Of a stretch of DNA of 64,000 nucleotides, positions 41,323-49,849 are shown one piece after another; positions within the stretch are counted from its first letter, which is position 1, and each line of letters starts with the position of its first letter. The notes below the pieces were generated by a model that worked only from the letters and a program-made list of their open reading frames with translations, searched no databases and was not told the DNA's origin. The stretch comes from Myxococcota bacterium (lineage in GTDB: Bacteria > Myxococcota_A > SURF-8 > G963663525): contig CAXXVK010000043.1 of the NCBI GenBank assembly GCA_963676915.2, positions 1 through 64,000 on the forward strand, given 5' to 3'. Both the position numbers and the translations under genes were made by a program.

Positions 41323-43956
41323 CTATTTTTCCTCCTGCTTTTTCAGGTTTTTCGCAGACTTTTTCAAAATCTTGGGATCGGTGAAGGTGAAGTTTTCCAT
41401 TTCTTTGTCTTCATCCTCGTCATCTTCGTCTTTCTCAGGACCATCCGCCACAAGATGCTTCGGGAAGGGGATTTTGTCGCCTTTCATTGTCTTCCAAAGG
41501 ATCTCGCCCAAGCCGCTCTGAGTGTCCACCAGTTTGAAATCAAGCTTGGCTGTCTCTTTCGCCAGTGGGACGCCTTCGGGGGTGATCCACTTGGCTTTCT
41601 CGTTGAATTTCTCGTCGCGAGGGATGTGCTCGTATGGTGTGAAATCGGCTTCTGTGGTGAAAATATCGTACATTGGCTGGGCCAGCATCTGGTAGCGGCT
41701 GATTGGCGGAACCCCTAGAATCTGGAACATCGTCCGGTGCAGAGATGCAAAATCGTATTGGAGTGTGGAGCGGTAGCCCCGTTTCACCCAAGGTCCGGCT
41801 ACATGGCAGATTGATCGGTGCAGATCGATGTGATCTGGAGTATTTTGTGGATCGTCCTGGAAGGCAAACACGACGGTTTCCTTCCAGAAGGGGGAATGGG
41901 CGATCATGTCGATGATTTTTCCCAACGCCTCATCGTTGTCGGCAACCATATAGGCAGGATGGGGGCGGTTTGCTCCCATCCCGAAAGTATGATCGTTGGG
42001 AATCCAGATGTACGTGAAATCACGTAATATTCCGGCGTTCAAGTCTTTTTCGAAAACCTTGATTTTTTCGGAGTCGTCATAAACGGTAATGCCCACTTGG
42101 TACTCGTGGCTGATGTAATCGTAGCCATCACGGAAAATCTTGCTGGCACTGCCCACGAACTCACCATAAACACGGACGGAGCGGTCGTTTTCGATGAGAT
42201 AGCTGAACAGATCCCCGGTGGAAGGTGTGGAAACCGGATCGATGTTGGGAAGCATGAAGTTGCGTTCTCCGCGAACCTGCCATAGCAGCGAAAATTTTTC
42301 ACCGTAATCGTTGAGCCATCCGCCCGTAAGCCACATGTGTCCCTCGGTGGATTTGACGGAATTGTCGTAGAAATTGACAAGATCCACATAACGGCGGTTC
42401 AATTCGTGGGCGTTGGGGGTGATATCGAACGTTGTTCCTTCTGCGTATCCTGCATACTGAACGGAAATGGTTTGTCCTACGCCAAAGTACGACAGGCTGG
42501 GATCGTGCCATTCATCGCCTTGATCTCCTGCGAGATCGCCCAGAAGTACATCGTAGGTTTTGTTTTCCTTAACAATATAGACCACATGGCGGATTTGCTC
42601 GGAACGTTCGCCGATTTGGGAAGGAATAGGGCTGTCCCAGTTGTCGCAGTCGGCGGCGAAGTATGTCAGTGCCCCCTTGTTGTTTTCTTGCACCTTTTGG
42701 GAATATTGCTGCAATGCCGACTCATCGGGAATGTCGAGGATGTTTACACCACCGTAAAACAATCCTACCGAACTTCCATTTGCATCGACTTCTTTCTTGG
42801 AAACGGCGGTGTCTTCTTCGCCCGTATACGGTCCTAATCCGGTTCCTTTTGCATTGATGACGTAAAGCTTTCCATTGGCTTTTTCTACTGCGGTAGGATA
42901 GAACCCGGTGGGGATTTCTCCAAGAATATCATAGGTTTCGGCGTCGATAACCATGACGGAGTTGTCAGCGGCCATCGTCACATACAAGCGTTTGTCATCA
43001 GGGGATGCGAGCACGTCCACCGGCAAGCGTCCCGGAGGATCGTTTTCGGTATCACGCAGGGAAATTGTCTGGATTACGTTCTTCGTGCTCACGTCGATCA
43101 CCGAAAGCGTGTCGTCGTCATTATTCGTCACAAACAGCTTATTCTTGTAAAGCGCCAGTCCTTCCGGATTCTTGCCCACCGAAACGTGTCCCACTGTCGT
43201 TCCCTGTTTCAGGTCGAGAATCGTCACCGCATTGCTGGCGATGTTCGTTACATACGCAAAGGCGTCGTCTGTGTCGATCTCGATAAGGTAGGGATAGGTT
43301 AGTGCCTCGAATTTTCGAATGATTTCATAGGTTTCGGTATCGAATTGAAACACTTGAGAGCGATGTGAGCTTGCCACCAGCAGCGATTTTCCGTCATGAC
43401 TCACCGCTAGACCAAAGGGATAGCCAGGGACGTCGAGTGTACGGAGTTTCAAGTAGTCGTTTTCAACATCATACACGAACACCTCGTCGGATAACCCACC
43501 GGAAATAAACAGTTTTTTTCCATCCGGTGAATAGGCGGCACCAAGGAAACCCTCTTTTTCTTCCAAAGTTTTTACAATTGTTTCGTTAGTGGTGTCGATA
43601 ATGCGAACGCTCTGGTTTCCTTTGTCGGTGAGCGACCAATCTTTGCCGCCCGAACAAACAACAGCAAGGTGCTTGGCATCGGGGGAGATTGCACTGCCGG
43701 TCGGCATGGTACCAACACCTTTAATGTAGGTGCCGGCTGGCGTGAGGATACGTCCCGTATGAACCTTGGCGTATTCCACCTCGGTATCGTTTTTCCAGCG
43801 GACTTCAACAGGGGTAAGCCCTGTTTCTGTGACGGTGCGAACGTCGCATGTGGATTTTTCATCGTCGTCACAGGCAATGGACGAGATAAAAAGCCCGACT
43901 AAAATACTCAAGAATAAGATTTCCGGTACAGTTGGCCGGATATTATCGGTTTGCAT
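41323..43956 (-). CDS. YVTN/YncE beta-propeller + phosphoesterase (alkaline-phosphatase superfamily) lipoprotein
   Basis: AYVTN and LFVTN repeats, IRHVVYIVKENKTYD, PNDHT, VADNDEALG, DDPQ..PDHID.HRS. Confidence 0.88.
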   Translation of the reverse strand: MQTDNIRPTVPEILFLSILVGLFISSIACDDDEKSTCDVRTVTETGLTPVEVRWKNDTEVEYAKVHTGRILTPAGTYIKGVGTMPTGSAISPDAKHLAVVCSGGKDWSLTDKGNQSVRIIDTTNETIVKTLEEKEGFLGAAYSPDGKKLFISGGLSDEVFVYDVENDYLKLRTLDVPGYPFGLAVSHDGKSLLVASSHRSQVFQFDTETYEIIRKFEALTYPYLIEIDTDDAFAYVTNIASNAVTILDLKQGTTVGHVSVGKNPEGLALYKNKLFVTNNDDDTLSVIDVSTKNVIQTISLRDTENDPPGRLPVDVLASPDDKRLYVTMAADNSVMVIDAETYDILGEIPTGFYPTAVEKANGKLYVINAKGTGLGPYTGEEDTAVSKKEVDANGSSVGLFYGGVNILDIPDESALQQYSQKVQENNKGALTYFAADCDNWDSPIPSQIGERSEQIRHVVYIVKENKTYDVLLGDLAGDQGDEWHDPSLSYFGVGQTISVQYAGYAEGTTFDITPNAHELNRRYVDLVNFYDNSVKSTEGHMWLTGGWLNDYGEKFSLLWQVRGERNFMLPNIDPVSTPSTGDLFSYLIENDRSVRVYGEFVGSASKIFRDGYDYISHEYQVGITVYDDSEKIKVFEKDLNAGILRDFTYIWIPNDHTFGMGANRPHPAYMVADNDEALGKIIDMIAHSPFWKETVVFAFQDDPQNTPDHIDLHRSICHVAGPWVKRGYRSTLQYDFASLHRTMFQILGVPPISRYQMLAQPMYDIFTTEADFTPYEHIPRDEKFNEKAKWITPEGVPLAKETAKLDFKLVDTQSGLGEILWKTMKGDKIPFPKHLVADGPEKDEDDEDEDKEMENFTFTDPKILKKSAKNLKKQEEK

Positions 43957-44290
43957 GGAAATTCTCCCAAAATGTCAACGATTTCGAAAATCCTAGCGAA
44001 TAGTTCAGTTGCTGACAAGTAAGAAGAATATTAGATTGTGGCCCTCTCACGCGATGATGTGGCCGCTGAAGGAGGGCTTATTACTTGTTAAAACACCTGG
44101 AAACGAAATTAAATCAACGAGTTGGAAGGTTAAAGAATAAGTTGCCGGCGGAATTCGTAAATCTAAAGTATAGAATGTTTGGATTCGTAGCATGTGGAAA
44201 AATCTAATATGTACATGGTCGTTTGTAAGTGGTCGAAATTATTGATTCAACGAATGATGGGTAGTGCAAGGTTGAGGAAAGACAAAAGCA

Positions 44291-44319
44291 TTGACAAGCT
44301 CGTTTCTCACAGATATTTT
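44291..44319 (+). promoter_or_regulatory. Sigma70-type promoter of the GntR-corrinoid unit
   Basis: TTGACA-N17-TATTTT. Confidence 0.6.
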
Positions 44320-44444
44320 TAATAGAAGGAAAGAGGGAATCATACATTGTCGTGGAAATTACCGTTTTTATCCTTCAACCCTGAGAAAGCGAATTTTGGC
44401 AACTCGCAGCCGGAACGTTCCTGATACCTGCCCAAAAACATACC

Positions 44445-45239
44445 ATGTCTGATTTTGAAAACATCATGCCGCCTTTGGAAAGAGACGTGCAGCCCGATAT
44501 TCCGAAAAAGGTGGACAAACGCAGTCCGATTCCGGCCTACGCTCAACTTGCCACCATTTTGCGCTCCAGCATCTCACAGGGAATTTACTCTCCCGGAGAG
44601 CGTTTGCCTTCGGAATCCGCTTTAGCCAAAGCCCACGGTGTCAGCGCGATGACCGCACGGCAGGCTGTCAGTGTATTGGAAGACGAACGCCTGATCCGCC
44701 GTATCCAGGGCAAAGGAACGTACGTCCGAAAAATTCAGGTCACGACAACCACCTTCAGCCTGGATGCTCTTCGAGAAGTCTTTGCCGACCAGGAGAATCT
44801 TTCCGTACGCATCATCAGTTCCCGAGTGGATAAAAACGTGGGAGTCGCCCACGAATTTCTTCGATTGACACCGGGACAACCGGTGATTCTGGTGGAACGC
44901 ATCGTGTTTTACAAAAACAAACCTTTCACCATGCATGTCAGTTATGCCACCGTGGACCCAAAATCCCCAACGGTGGAAAGCATGTTGGATACAGCCGTTT
45001 TAACGGAGTTGCTTTCGAAAGAAGGATATTCGAGATTCAAACGGGGGGTGCTTCGCCTGCTTCCCACACAACTGGGGAATCGCGAGGCCGATTTGCTGGA
45101 ACTGGACGAGGGACATCCGGTTTTCAGGCTGGAGCATTACTTCTATGACTTCAAGAATCAACCCGCTGCCATAGGTTGGTTCTTTATCGCTCCGGAAGCC
45201 ATGCCCTTGGTAAGCAAAATAGGGATCTGGGATGAATAG
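44445..45239 (+). CDS. GntR-family (HutC/UTRA) transcriptional regulator
   Basis: PAYAQLATILR..PGERLPSESALAKAHGVSAMTARQAV..QGKGTYV; C-terminal UTRA-like domain. Confidence 0.92.
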   Translation: MSDFENIMPPLERDVQPDIPKKVDKRSPIPAYAQLATILRSSISQGIYSPGERLPSESALAKAHGVSAMTARQAVSVLEDERLIRRIQGKGTYVRKIQVTTTTFSLDALREVFADQENLSVRIISSRVDKNVGVAHEFLRLTPGQPVILVERIVFYKNKPFTMHVSYATVDPKSPTVESMLDTAVLTELLSKEGYSRFKRGVLRLLPTQLGNREADLLELDEGHPVFRLEHYFYDFKNQPAAIGWFFIAPEAMPLVSKIGIWDE

Positions 45240-45906
45240 TACGAAGAAAGACAAAGAACTTGAGAATCCGCGCCTGGAAACATTAACACAATTGATTTCG
45301 GATCTCGTCGAAGAGGATAGCTACAAGGAACTACGTACATTACTGGACGAAGGAGTGCCTCCAACCGACCTTCTTGGAGCCTGCATGGAGGGTATGCGTC
45401 GTGTCGGCCTTCGCTTCGAGGCTGGAGAATATTTCATCTCGGCGTTGATCATGGCCGGGGAGATCATGCGCGTTGCCACGGAAATTTTACGCCCCCATCT
45501 GGTGAAGGCTCCGACGACACCGCAAAAAGGCAAAGCGCTGATAGGCACCATCAAGGGTGATATTCACGATTTAGGTAAAAACCTGTTCATTTTCATGCTG
45601 ACCTGTCACGGTTTCGATGTCGTGGACCTGGGTGTCGATGTCCCGGTGGAAACATTTCTTGAAAAAGCACGAGAAACACCGTTCGATATCATCGGCTTGA
45701 GCTGCCTCATGACCACAAGTATCGAGAGTCTCAAAGAGGCCGTAACGACCTTGCGCGAAAATCTTCCTGAGCCTCAAGCGGAGATCGTTATCGGTGGAAC
45801 CTGCCTCGATGCCGGAGTTGCCGAGTATATCGGTGCAGAAAACTGGGCACAGGATGCTGCTACAGGATTGCGGATCTGCGAACGACTCATCGAAAAAAAG
45901 CAGTAA
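45232..45906 (+). CDS. Corrinoid (B12-binding) protein 1
   Basis: B12 cap + binding domain, GDIHDLGKN (DxHxxG), GLSCLMT; overlaps the gntR stop. Confidence 0.92.
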   Translation: MNSTKKDKELENPRLETLTQLISDLVEEDSYKELRTLLDEGVPPTDLLGACMEGMRRVGLRFEAGEYFISALIMAGEIMRVATEILRPHLVKAPTTPQKGKALIGTIKGDIHDLGKNLFIFMLTCHGFDVVDLGVDVPVETFLEKARETPFDIIGLSCLMTTSIESLKEAVTTLRENLPEPQAEIVIGGTCLDAGVAEYIGAENWAQDAATGLRICERLIEKKQ

Positions 45907-46062
45907 GAAACAAGGGTTTCGATACCCGGTTGGGAAATATCATCCATTCCGAAATTTTTCTCTGTTTTCAGTAACTTCTCTGCAATTTAAAAAGAAATAA
46001 CAAATAAAATGTAAAGGGGAAATCCCTCCCCTTTCGCCTCGTTTACGCTTTTCTTGAAAGGG

Positions 46063-46107
46063 AAGAAAAATATTTTTCTTGACTCTTCTATAAGACTAGA
46101 ATACTAT
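46063..46107 (+). promoter_or_regulatory. Sigma70 promoter of the methyltransferase operon with palindromes (candidate operator)
   Basis: TTGACT-N17-TACTAT (46079-46107). The spacer contains TTCTA-N6-TAGAA. A perfect 18-bp palindrome AAGAAAAATATTTTTCTT lies at 46063-46080. Confidence 0.6.
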
Positions 46108-46138
46108 GAGTTTGTGTTTGGGTGTAAAGGAACTTTCA

Positions 46139-46789
46139 ATGAGCGATTACCCACACAAAATTCTCTGTTGCAGGTCTTTGGCGCCAACGCTGGAAGAATT
46201 GCTTGGAAGCGACGCCCCCCTCACCATTCTTGATATTGCCTTACATTTGCAGCCGGAACGACTTCGTGCAGCGCTGTTGGAAACCATCGCCGAGTTGGAA
46301 GCTCCCGGTACCACGATTCTTTTAGGGTACGGGTTATGCGGTCGTGCGCTGGAAGGTGTGTATTCGAAGCACAGCCGCCTTGTTTTGCCGAAGATCGATG
46401 ATTGTGTGGGGATGTTTCTTGGATCACGCGAGCGGCACAGAGAGTCCCTGAGAACTCATTCAGGCCGGTACTGGCTGGAACGGAGCTGGCTGGATACAGA
46501 ACTCGATATTTTCAAACAACTTTATAAGGATTTAGGTCGTATTCCTGAAAAATACCACGATCGCATCGTGAAAATGACGCTGAAACATTACGACCGACTG
46601 GTCCTGTTTCGAGATGATCACGACGACGCCCAGGCGGTTTCCTACTGCGAAAACACGGCCAAAGAATACGGCATGACCTTCGAACGCATCGACAAAGACC
46701 TTGGGCTTTTGCGCCGACTGGTCTTTGGCCCCTGGGAACCCGAAGAATTCATCATCGTGGAACCGGGAACCCCTGTGCCTTTTTTCTGA
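46139..46789 (+). CDS. DUF1638 domain protein
   Basis: LDIALH..PERLR, ILLGYGLCG..L.G, LVLPKIDDCVGMFLGS; AAGGA RBS before ATG 46139. Confidence 0.88.
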   Translation: MSDYPHKILCCRSLAPTLEELLGSDAPLTILDIALHLQPERLRAALLETIAELEAPGTTILLGYGLCGRALEGVYSKHSRLVLPKIDDCVGMFLGSRERHRESLRTHSGRYWLERSWLDTELDIFKQLYKDLGRIPEKYHDRIVKMTLKHYDRLVLFRDDHDDAQAVSYCENTAKEYGMTFERIDKDLGLLRRLVFGPWEPEEFIIVEPGTPVPFF

Positions 46790-46803
46790 ACAAGGAGCTT
46801 TCC

Positions 46804-47613
46804 ATGATCGTAATTGCAGAAAAAATCAACGGAACTCGCAAAGCCGTCGGTGCCGCCGTGCGGGATCGCGATGCCGAATTCATCAAGAATCTGGCCTTGT
46901 CTCAAGTAGAAGCCGGCAGCAGCTATCTGGATATCAACGCCGGAACCACACCGGATCGCGAACCGGAAGACATGGCCTGGCTGGTCGAAACCGTGCAAAG
47001 CGTGACGGATACTCCCCTGTGTCTGGACAGCGCCAACCCGGCCGCGTTGGAAGCCGCATTGAGCCTGGTCAAGAAAACCCCGGTCATCAATTCCGTTTCG
47101 GGAGAGAAAAACCGGATCGAAGGCGTGCTCCCTCTGGCGCTCAAGCACAAAACAGGTCTTATCCTTCTGGCTCTGGATGACGAAACCGGTATTCCCAACA
47201 CGTGTGAAGGTCGCATGGAAATCGTCCATCGTCTGGTGGGTCTGGCCAAAGAAGGTGGTCTGGCGGAAAATCAGCTCTACGTGGACCCGCTGGTGACCAC
47301 CATCAGCACCGGCGACAAAAACGCAATGATCACCTACGACGCGATCAAGGAAACCCGAGCGGCCTATCCTGAAATTCACATTACCTGCGGACTGAGCAAT
47401 ATCTCTTTCGGTATGCCGCTTAGATCCCTGATCAATCAAACCTTTTTATCCATGTGCGTTCAGGTGGGACTGGACAGCGCCATTATCAACCCCAACGACC
47501 GATCCCTCAAAGGTGTGATGTTGGCCGCCGAGATGCTGGTAGGACGTGACAAGTTCTGTCAGAAATTCAACCGCGCCTTCCGTTCCAAGCAGATCGGTCC
47601 GTTGGATCAGTAA
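46804..47613 (+). CDS. Methyltetrahydrofolate:corrinoid methyltransferase (AcsE/MT II-like, pterin-binding)
   Basis: IAEKINGTRK, LDINAG, PLCLDS, INSVSGE, YVDPLV, CGLSNISFGMP.RSLIN, GLDSAI.NP. Confidence 0.92.
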   Translation: MIVIAEKINGTRKAVGAAVRDRDAEFIKNLALSQVEAGSSYLDINAGTTPDREPEDMAWLVETVQSVTDTPLCLDSANPAALEAALSLVKKTPVINSVSGEKNRIEGVLPLALKHKTGLILLALDDETGIPNTCEGRMEIVHRLVGLAKEGGLAENQLYVDPLVTTISTGDKNAMITYDAIKETRAAYPEIHITCGLSNISFGMPLRSLINQTFLSMCVQVGLDSAIINPNDRSLKGVMLAAEMLVGRDKFCQKFNRAFRSKQIGPLDQ

Positions 47614-47685
47614 GAATTTGTTTTCGCTCGTGGCTTGTCAATGGGATGGGGAGCCGCAAGCACCGTCAGCAGAAGGGAGAAACTC

Positions 47686-48330
47686 ATGGCTGATTTGAAC
47701 GATCTTTTCGACGCCATCGTCGAAATGCAGGAAGAAACCGCCCTGGAGCTTACCAACAAACATTTGGAGGGAGGCACTCCGGCAATGCAAATCTTCGACT
47801 GTTACCAGGACGCTCTGGCTGAAGTCGGAAAACGTTTCGAAAAGCAGATCTATTTCATCCCGGAACTGATTATGTCCGGTGAAATGATGAAAGCCGGTCT
47901 CGAGATTCTCAAGCCTCACATGGCAAACGAAGAAGCCAAGGAAGAAGAGAAAAAGAAGGGCGGCAAAGTACTTATCGCCACCGTCAGTGGTGATATCCAC
48001 GATATCGGCAAAAATATCGTGACCACCCTAATGGAACTCAACGGCCTGGATGTCAAAGACATCGGTGTGGACGTACCCGTGGATACCATTATCGAGGAAG
48101 CGGTTGCTTTCGAGGCTCAGGCGATCGGCCTTTCCGGCCTGTTGACTCTGGCTTTCGATCCGATGAAACAAGTCGTCGAAAAGCTGAAAGAAAAGGGTCT
48201 TCGTGATAAAATCAAGGTCATCATCGGTGGCGGTCAGATGGATGCCCACGTTTGCGAGCACGTCGGCGCCGACGCTTTCACCACCGATGCGGTGGAAGGT
48301 GTCAATGTGGTGAAAAGCTGGCTTAGCTAA
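47686..48330 (+). CDS. Corrinoid (B12-binding) protein 2
   Basis: GDIHDIGKNIV, GLSGLLT, IIGGG; GGGAGA RBS. Confidence 0.93.
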   Translation: MADLNDLFDAIVEMQEETALELTNKHLEGGTPAMQIFDCYQDALAEVGKRFEKQIYFIPELIMSGEMMKAGLEILKPHMANEEAKEEEKKKGGKVLIATVSGDIHDIGKNIVTTLMELNGLDVKDIGVDVPVDTIIEEAVAFEAQAIGLSGLLTLAFDPMKQVVEKLKEKGLRDKIKVIIGGGQMDAHVCEHVGADAFTTDAVEGVNVVKSWLS

Positions 48331-48372
48331 CCCAATCGGCTGTTTTCAGCCGCAAACCGTAAGGAGAAATCC

Positions 48373-49704
48373 ATGAGTGGAAACGAAAAACTTACGCCGA
48401 TGCAACGCCAGGATGCTTTTTTGGACAAATGGATCGCCGCCGAAGGCGTTCCCTTCGTTGACGAGGAAGCCAAGGCCAAATATCAGGAACGCACCACCCT
48501 GGTGGCCAAAGCCTTCCGCCTGGACAAAGACATCAAGCGCGTGCCCATCATGCCTCTGACCACGTTCGCTCCGACCCAGATGGCGGGACTTTCCGGCAAA
48601 CAGGCAATGTACGATGCCGACGCCGCAGGCAAAGCCTATTACGACTTCGCCAAAACCTATCAGCCGGATACCGCAGGTTCCGCGCCGATGCTGATGTACG
48701 GTCCGGCTTTGGAAGCCCTGGATTACAAGCTTTACAAATGGCCCGGCCATGGCGTGGACGAAAACCTGTCCTATCAGTTCCATGAAAAAGAATATATGAA
48801 GCCGGATGAATACGACTGGCTGATTTCCGACCCCACCGATTACTGGTTACGGGGTTGGATGCCCAGAACTCACCTGGCCTTAGCGCCTTTGGCCAACATG
48901 TGGCCCATTTACGGTTCCATGGAAATGGCGATGTTCGGTCCCTGGCTGGTCGGCATGGGAACCCCGCAGATGCAGGAAGCCATGAAAGCTTTGATGGAAG
49001 CGGGCAAGCACTGCTTCGAATGGATCAACACACTGGGCGCTTACATGGGTAAAATCATGGCAGAGGGAATGCCTTTCGGTGCGGGCGGCTTCACCAAAGC
49101 TCCCTTCGACGTGCTCAGCGACTCTTTCCGAGGCACGACCCAGCTGATGATGGATATGTACCGCAAGCCGGACAAAGTCCTTGCTGCCGTAGAACGTCTG
49201 GTGAAGCCGATGATCGACCTGGGTGTTCGCGGAGCTATGGACAACGGCAACCCCGTCGTCTTCATCCCATTGCACAAGGGTGCCGATGGCTTCATGTCCG
49301 ACGATCAGTTCAAGACCTTCTACTGGCCTACGCTCAACGCCGTCATGCACGGTCTGGCCGATGCCGGTTGCATTCCTGCCTGTTTCGTCGAAGGCGGATA
49401 CAATCAGCGTCTGGAATACCTGAACGACACCAGCGACATCCGCAGCTTCTACCTTTTCGACCGTACCGACATGGCCAAAGCCCGCGAAGTGCTGGGCGGC
49501 AAGGTGTGCATCGGTGGAGGTATGGCCAATTCCCTGATTCTCACCGGAACGGTGGAGAAGGTGGTGGAAGAAACCAAGAAACTGATCGACACCGCCAAGG
49601 GCGACGGAGGGTATATCCTGAGCATCGGAACCGCCATGGACGAAGGCAAGCACGACACACTGAAAGCCTTCATCGACACCGGCCTGGAATACGGTGTCTA
49701 CTAA
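48373..49704 (+). CDS. Uroporphyrinogen-decarboxylase-fold methyltransferase (MT I, MtaA/CmuA/O-demethylase-like)
   Basis: EYMKPDEYD, PFDVLSDSFRG..LMMDMYRKPDKV, LHKGADGFMS..QFKTFYWPTL, GGYILS; context of corrinoid proteins. Confidence 0.85.
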   Translation: MSGNEKLTPMQRQDAFLDKWIAAEGVPFVDEEAKAKYQERTTLVAKAFRLDKDIKRVPIMPLTTFAPTQMAGLSGKQAMYDADAAGKAYYDFAKTYQPDTAGSAPMLMYGPALEALDYKLYKWPGHGVDENLSYQFHEKEYMKPDEYDWLISDPTDYWLRGWMPRTHLALAPLANMWPIYGSMEMAMFGPWLVGMGTPQMQEAMKALMEAGKHCFEWINTLGAYMGKIMAEGMPFGAGGFTKAPFDVLSDSFRGTTQLMMDMYRKPDKVLAAVERLVKPMIDLGVRGAMDNGNPVVFIPLHKGADGFMSDDQFKTFYWPTLNAVMHGLADAGCIPACFVEGGYNQRLEYLNDTSDIRSFYLFDRTDMAKAREVLGGKVCIGGGMANSLILTGTVEKVVEETKKLIDTAKGDGGYILSIGTAMDEGKHDTLKAFIDTGLEYGVY

Positions 49705-49744
49705 TTCAATGGCGTGATCCGCCTATTGAAGCGTTTGTTTTCTG

Positions 49745-49783
49745 CGAGGCGGTCGATACGAAACGACCGCCTCGTTTTTTTTT
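49745..49783 (+). terminator. Intrinsic terminator after the MT I gene
   Basis: CGAGGCGGTCG-N8-CGACCGCCTCG-T9. An extended -10 (TGGTATAAT, 49796-49804) follows and could drive the next gene. Confidence 0.85.
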
Positions 49784-49849
49784 GCACAAGGCCAATGGTA
49801 TAATACGGAATCTTGGATTAAAAAATGCAGATATCCGCCACGATACGGG

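Noticed and set aside
45921-45945. Possible third MITE copy (CCCGG...GAAATATCATC)
   Set aside because: Only an 11-bp match with no second arm or inverted terminus; compatible with chance.
43960-46140. Cobalamin or glycine riboswitch near the corrinoid genes
   Set aside because: No B12-box or aptamer consensus in the correct order could be identified by eye.
45232-49704. Pyrrolysine or selenocysteine recoding in the methyltransferase genes
   Set aside because: The ORFs are full length with no in-frame TAG/TGA, and no MttB/MtmB-type gene is present.
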